This document shows, piece after piece, positions 59,235 through 64,000 of a stretch of DNA of 64,000 nucleotides; positions within the stretch are counted from its first letter, which is position 1; the number at the start of each line of letters is the position of its first letter. The notes beneath the pieces were generated by a model. The model was not told where the DNA came from. It saw only the letters and a program-made list of their open reading frames with translations, and did not search any database. Position numbers and translations under genes: made by a program. This stretch comes from Eledone cirrhosa (taxonomy: Eukaryota): positions 74,400,001-74,464,000 of the forward strand of contig OZ024743.1 in assembly GCA_964016885.1 (NCBI GenBank), given 5' to 3'.

Positions 59235-60900
59235 AAGTCTTTTAAATCAGGATTTGGACACCATGGCGTACTCAAGTAGAGAATTTACGGATGTAGGAGG
59301 TTTATCCGGAGTTTCTTGGAGAAAAAGAGAGCGAGACCAGTTGAGGGAAAATAATTGTGCCGTAATATTGAGATGCGAGTTTAATTTTTGTTGTGGGTGG
59401 ATAGCTCACAGCAGCGTTGGAGAGACTTGAGTTTGAGCTTTTTTAGTCGACCCCAATAGTCAAGGCCTGTCATGCCATCTAGCATTTTTGTGATTGACCT
59501 TTAGGGTGCTTCAATTTTGATAATACTGTGTTTCGTGTGGGAAGACCACAGTGGACAACAGTATTCAAGGTGGGGTCGGGCAAAAGTAGAGAAGAGAAGG
59601 ATAACGTTATGGATATCTCTCGACTGGAAGGTTCTGAGAATCCAGGAACATATTCTGTGGGCCATGTCAACTTTGCTGTTTATATGAGTGGCCCAGCTTA
59701 TGTTGTTTTCGACAATTACTCCCAGATCTTTTATGTTGTTGGATGCCACGAGAGTTTCACATGGGGTAAGAGAATATGGTTGGTTCAGTGCATCCTCTTT
59801 TACAAAGTGGATTAGTTCGAATTTATTCTCGCATATTGTATTTTTTCCACCCATTGGATAACAGCCAGTACGTCTGATTGAAGGCATGTCCGGTCACCCA
59901 CTCCATTGATGACCTCTGGAGCTTGGAATCATCTGCAAATATTCTTATGTTGCTGGGCATGTTGACGTCCATAATGGCATTGATATAAATAATGAAAAAA
60001 AGTGGGCCCAACACAGTGGCTTGTGGGACGCCACTACTGACTTTGGCTAGGCTTGATTTTATTTCTTCAACTACAACATGTTGGGCTCTGTTTGACAGGA
60101 AACAATTAATCCAATGCAGTAACTTTCCAGTGACACCAATTTTGGATAGGTTTTTCAGTAGGATGTTGTGATCAACCCTATCAACGGCCTTGCTGAAATC
60201 AAGGTAGATGACATCAGTTTTGGAGCCCTCTCCCAAAGCTCTTAAAATGTCATCAAAGTGACGCAGGAATTGCATTAGGCAGTCCCTTCCATTACGGAAC
60301 CCATGTTGGTTGGAAATCAGCAGATTGTTTCTTTCAAGAAAGTGAGTTATTCATAATCTCACCGCCCTCTAAAATACCTTAATGATATGAGAAGTGAGTG
60401 AGATAGGACAGTAATTCCCTGCAAGGGACTTGTTTCTCTTTTTAAAAACTGGGACAACAGACTAGTTAAAAATCTGGGACAATAGAAAGTTTTCCGGTGT
60501 ATAGCCAGCGTCCAGTGAGTTCCTCCACAGATTAGCAAGAGGAGATGCAGGTTGGTGTCGACACACCGTCTGGACACTAGCAGGGAACCTATCGGGGCCT
60601 ACTGTTGAATTGCCTTTAATTTCGTTACCGCTAAGACACCAGGGGCGTCAAACGTTATATCCGACATAGTGTGATGGGGATTAACATCACTGATACAGCC
60701 CAGATCGGCCATACTAGGATTGCTGGAAACAGAGCAGTATTGTTTCTGCAGTATCTCACCCATGGTTTTCGCATTGTCTTGGCGTGTGTCATTTTCAGAC
60801 AGTGACCTTGTGTTTTTTCGCAAATGAAAAGAACACTTTAGGATTGAGTTTGATTTTCTCAGTAATCCATTTCTCCTCATCTGGTTTTTGGTTATTGATG
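59235..60900 (-). mobile_element. CR1-like LINE RT region, pseudogenised
   Basis: NQHGFRNGKDC, DVIYLDFSKAVDRVDH, SGVPQATVLGPLFFIIYIN, FADDSKL, IKDLGV, RPHLEYCCPLWS. Confidence 0.92.
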
Positions 60901-61300
60901 ATGGTCTTCATGCATTGCTAGAGATTATATATTTTTTTTATTATTCAAGCAGTGCAATAGCAGTCGAATGTGTGTATTTATGGAAGGGTTGACACTTTGT
61001 ACATTGAGTAGAAATGTTGAAGCTAGAGTAGTGACTGGTTTTGACTGTTGCAGGGGCTTGTTTTGTGTTTGCATGTTAGTGACAGCAATGGGCAGTTGGT
61101 GTACAGGGGTAATAGCAGAAGTTGGTGTTGCGTGATAGCTAGAAGATTTTTTGTTGTTTTTATTTTTCTGGTGATAGTTTTTCTGTTTGAGGGGATTCTG
61201 CACTCAGTTTTATTAATAGATCTTGATGGGGTATATTTTGCACATATATTTGTGACAGTGTCTACAAATATCTTCCAGGATGTTTAAATGTTGGTAGTGA

Positions 61301-61340
<40 letters not shown>

Positions 61341-61411
61341 CGTGTGTCTCTGTGTGTGTGTGGGGGTGTCTGTGGGTCTGTGTGTGTATGTGTGTATATC
61401 TGTGTGTGTGC

Positions 61412-61574
<163 letters not shown>

Positions 61575-61609
61575 TGCGTGTGTAAAAGATCAGTCAACAT
61601 GTGCTAGAT

Positions 61610-62490
61610 CGTTAGTGATTACATCCCAGTTGGCATTATAAAGATCCATGTTATCAACTGGATGGGTTGGAGAGAGGTCATTGGTTTAGTTTACGGCTGA
61701 TGGAATCTCAGGTTACAGAGAACCATGTCATGGTCTGATAGAAGAGTTTTATCCACTGTAATACTATGTTCTACTGTAACATGTGTGGTTACTAAATACT
61801 AGGTCCAGAATGTTTTTCTGTTATCTTGTTGGTGCAAGGACAAGTTGGGACAAGAAAAACTCATTCATAATGTCGAGAAGTGACTCTACTGCTGCTATGT
61901 CAGTGGTTGGGGTAGGACTGCTTGGTTTCAAACTGTTTGTAGACCAATCAACACAGGGTAATTGAAGTCTCTCATCATTAGTATGTTACTAGAATGGCAC
62001 TGTTGTATCAAGCACTTAATTGAAGCATAGTATAGGCCTACTATCAAATTATTGACTTTGTTGTGCACGGTGACTGATTGATAGTAGCCAATTGAGAATG
62101 TGATATTTCCGTCTGCCGTAAAGGAATCATGCAGGAAAATAGCAGTTCCACCCTTCCTTCTGCCGACACGATCCGCGCGGATGGTTTTAAAATTCCTCAC
62201 CTTCACTTCGGCTTTCAAGTGGGAGTTGTCGAAATGGATCTCAGTAAGGATAAAGAATGGATATGGTGTGGATGGTTGCCAAGCCAGTCCTCAACTGGAC
62301 CTGCCATTTTCGTGTATTGATGGAAGGGCTGACACATTGGACATTGAGTAAAAATGTTAAGGCTAGAGTCATGGCTGATTTTGACTGTTGCAAGGGGCTT
62401 GTTGTGTGTTTGTGTGTTAGTGACAGCAATAGGGGGAGTTGGTGCACGGGGGTAATAGCAGAAGTTGGTGTTGTGTGATAGCTAGAAGAT
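61610..62490 (-). mobile_element. CR1-like LINE AP-endonuclease region, pseudogenised
   Basis: FLLNVQCV, LTEIHF, RADRVGRRKGGTAIF, RDFNYP, NILDLVF, SDH motifs. Confidence 0.82.
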
Positions 62491-62984
62491 GTTTTTGTAT
62501 CACTTTTGGCAGGTCCATTATGGCTAAAAACGAGTTTTCTTGTTTAGGGAGCAGTTGCTGACTGGGGTGTGGTTGCACTGTTGGATAAGGTTATAGTTTC
62601 CACTTTTGGTTGTGATTTTATACCTTCGTGAAAAGTCTGGACCAGCAATAATGCAGCAGGGAGTGTTTTTACCGTGGGTTACATATTGGAGTGAAGCTTC
62701 ATTTCTGTTAGTGCATCGAGTCCCTGGAAGATGAGTGAAGGGATAAGATCTATGAGTTCAGTTTGACTCGTTTTGAGAAAAAGGCAAAGTTGACATTGAC
62801 GGGATTTGAATTTGTAACATTAACAATCGAAAAAAGTACACTCATACACACACACATGCTCACAAACACACCCGAACACAGACACACTCACGCACACTCA
62901 CACACACATACATTTACACATACACACACACAAGTCAAAACTTCAAGCGCAAGAGATGAACGAAGCATCCAAAATATGCTCTTT

Positions 62985-63425
62985 TTAGCTGTTGACCTGC
63001 TAGAAATAACAGCTAAACTTTCCCGATATCAGCCTTTCCTTTATAATATGATCTCTTCAGCTGTTGACCTGTTAGAAATAACAACCAAGCTTACCCGAAA
63101 GCACCCCTTCATCCATAATATGATCTCTTGACCTGCTAGAAATAACAGCCAAACTTGCCCGAAATCATCCTTTCATCCATTACATGATCTCTTGAACTGT
63201 TGACATGCTAGAAATAACAGCCAAACTTATCCGAAATCACCTCTTCATCCATACTATGATCTCTTGACCTGCTAGAAATAACAGCCAAACTTTCCCGAAA
63301 TTACCCCTTCATCCATACTATGATCTCTTGACCTGCTAGAAATAACAGCCAAACTTGCCCGAAATTACCCCTTCATCCATACTATGATCTCTTGACCTGC
63401 TAGAAATAACAGCCAAATTTGCCCC
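62985..63425. repeat. ~62-70-bp tandem repeat x6-7
   Basis: GACCTGCTAGAAATAACAGCCAAACTTGCCCGAAATTACCCCTTCATCCATACTATGATCTCTT. A related single unit lies at ~58835-58885. Confidence 0.9.
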
Positions 63426-64000
63426 TCCCAGGACACTCTCGATATATACTTGTAACACAAACAATTGAAATAACTACCGCAAGGTATTTTGTCTGCTATA
63501 CTAACGACTGTTACGTCCCTGTCATATAATATATGTTTATGTATTTGGGAATTTACCAACTTCCTCACTTCTCTTCTTACTCTTTGTTCTTTTCATTGAA
63601 ACTCTCACCCACATTTGCTGCTTCTACATATTTCACTCCCACGTCGATTACAGCTCGTATCGATATGTAGACACACATACACATACAGATACACACATAC
63701 ACATACAGATATACTGACATACACATACAGATACACACACATACACATACAGCTACACATACAGCTACACACACATACACATACACATACACATACACAT
63801 ACATAGACATACAGCTATACACATACACATACAGCTACACACACAGATCTATCTCATTTATATACGTATACACACACATACAGATATACACACATACACA
63901 TACAGCTACACACACAGATCTATCTCATTTATATACGTATACACACACATACAGATATACACACATACACATACAGCTACACACACGCACGCACAGATCG

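Overview
Eukaryotic, gene-poor, extremely repeat-rich genomic DNA. The SINE families and (TA)n/(CA)n density resemble a coleoid cephalopod such as Octopus (inference only). No intact protein-coding gene is visible; almost all listed ORFs are microsatellite or satellite translation artefacts. Contents: decayed LINEs (Tx1/L1, CR1-like, RTE-like, CRE), tRNA-derived SINEs, a TA-flanked MITE, a 31-bp minisatellite, an ~8-kb 33-bp satellite with a ~1320-bp higher-order repeat, and a candidate minus-strand promoter with a first non-coding exon near 34.2-34.5 kb. The main unexplained signal is a dense set of short Penelope-like-element (PLE) 3' ends lodged in (TA)n tracts. Many are fold-back palindromes whose arms carry minimal type I hammerhead ribozymes (HHR). 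I read about 15 HHR cores from several families. One family shows clear stem II covariation with a conserved C.C mismatch, one has a U3-A8 compensatory core in five copies, and one has a ~110-nt stem II insert. One PLE with a recognisable GIY-YIG endonuclease sits inside a nested inverted duplication that also copies its flanking DNA. All folds and alignments were done by eye; coordinates are approximate to a few bases.
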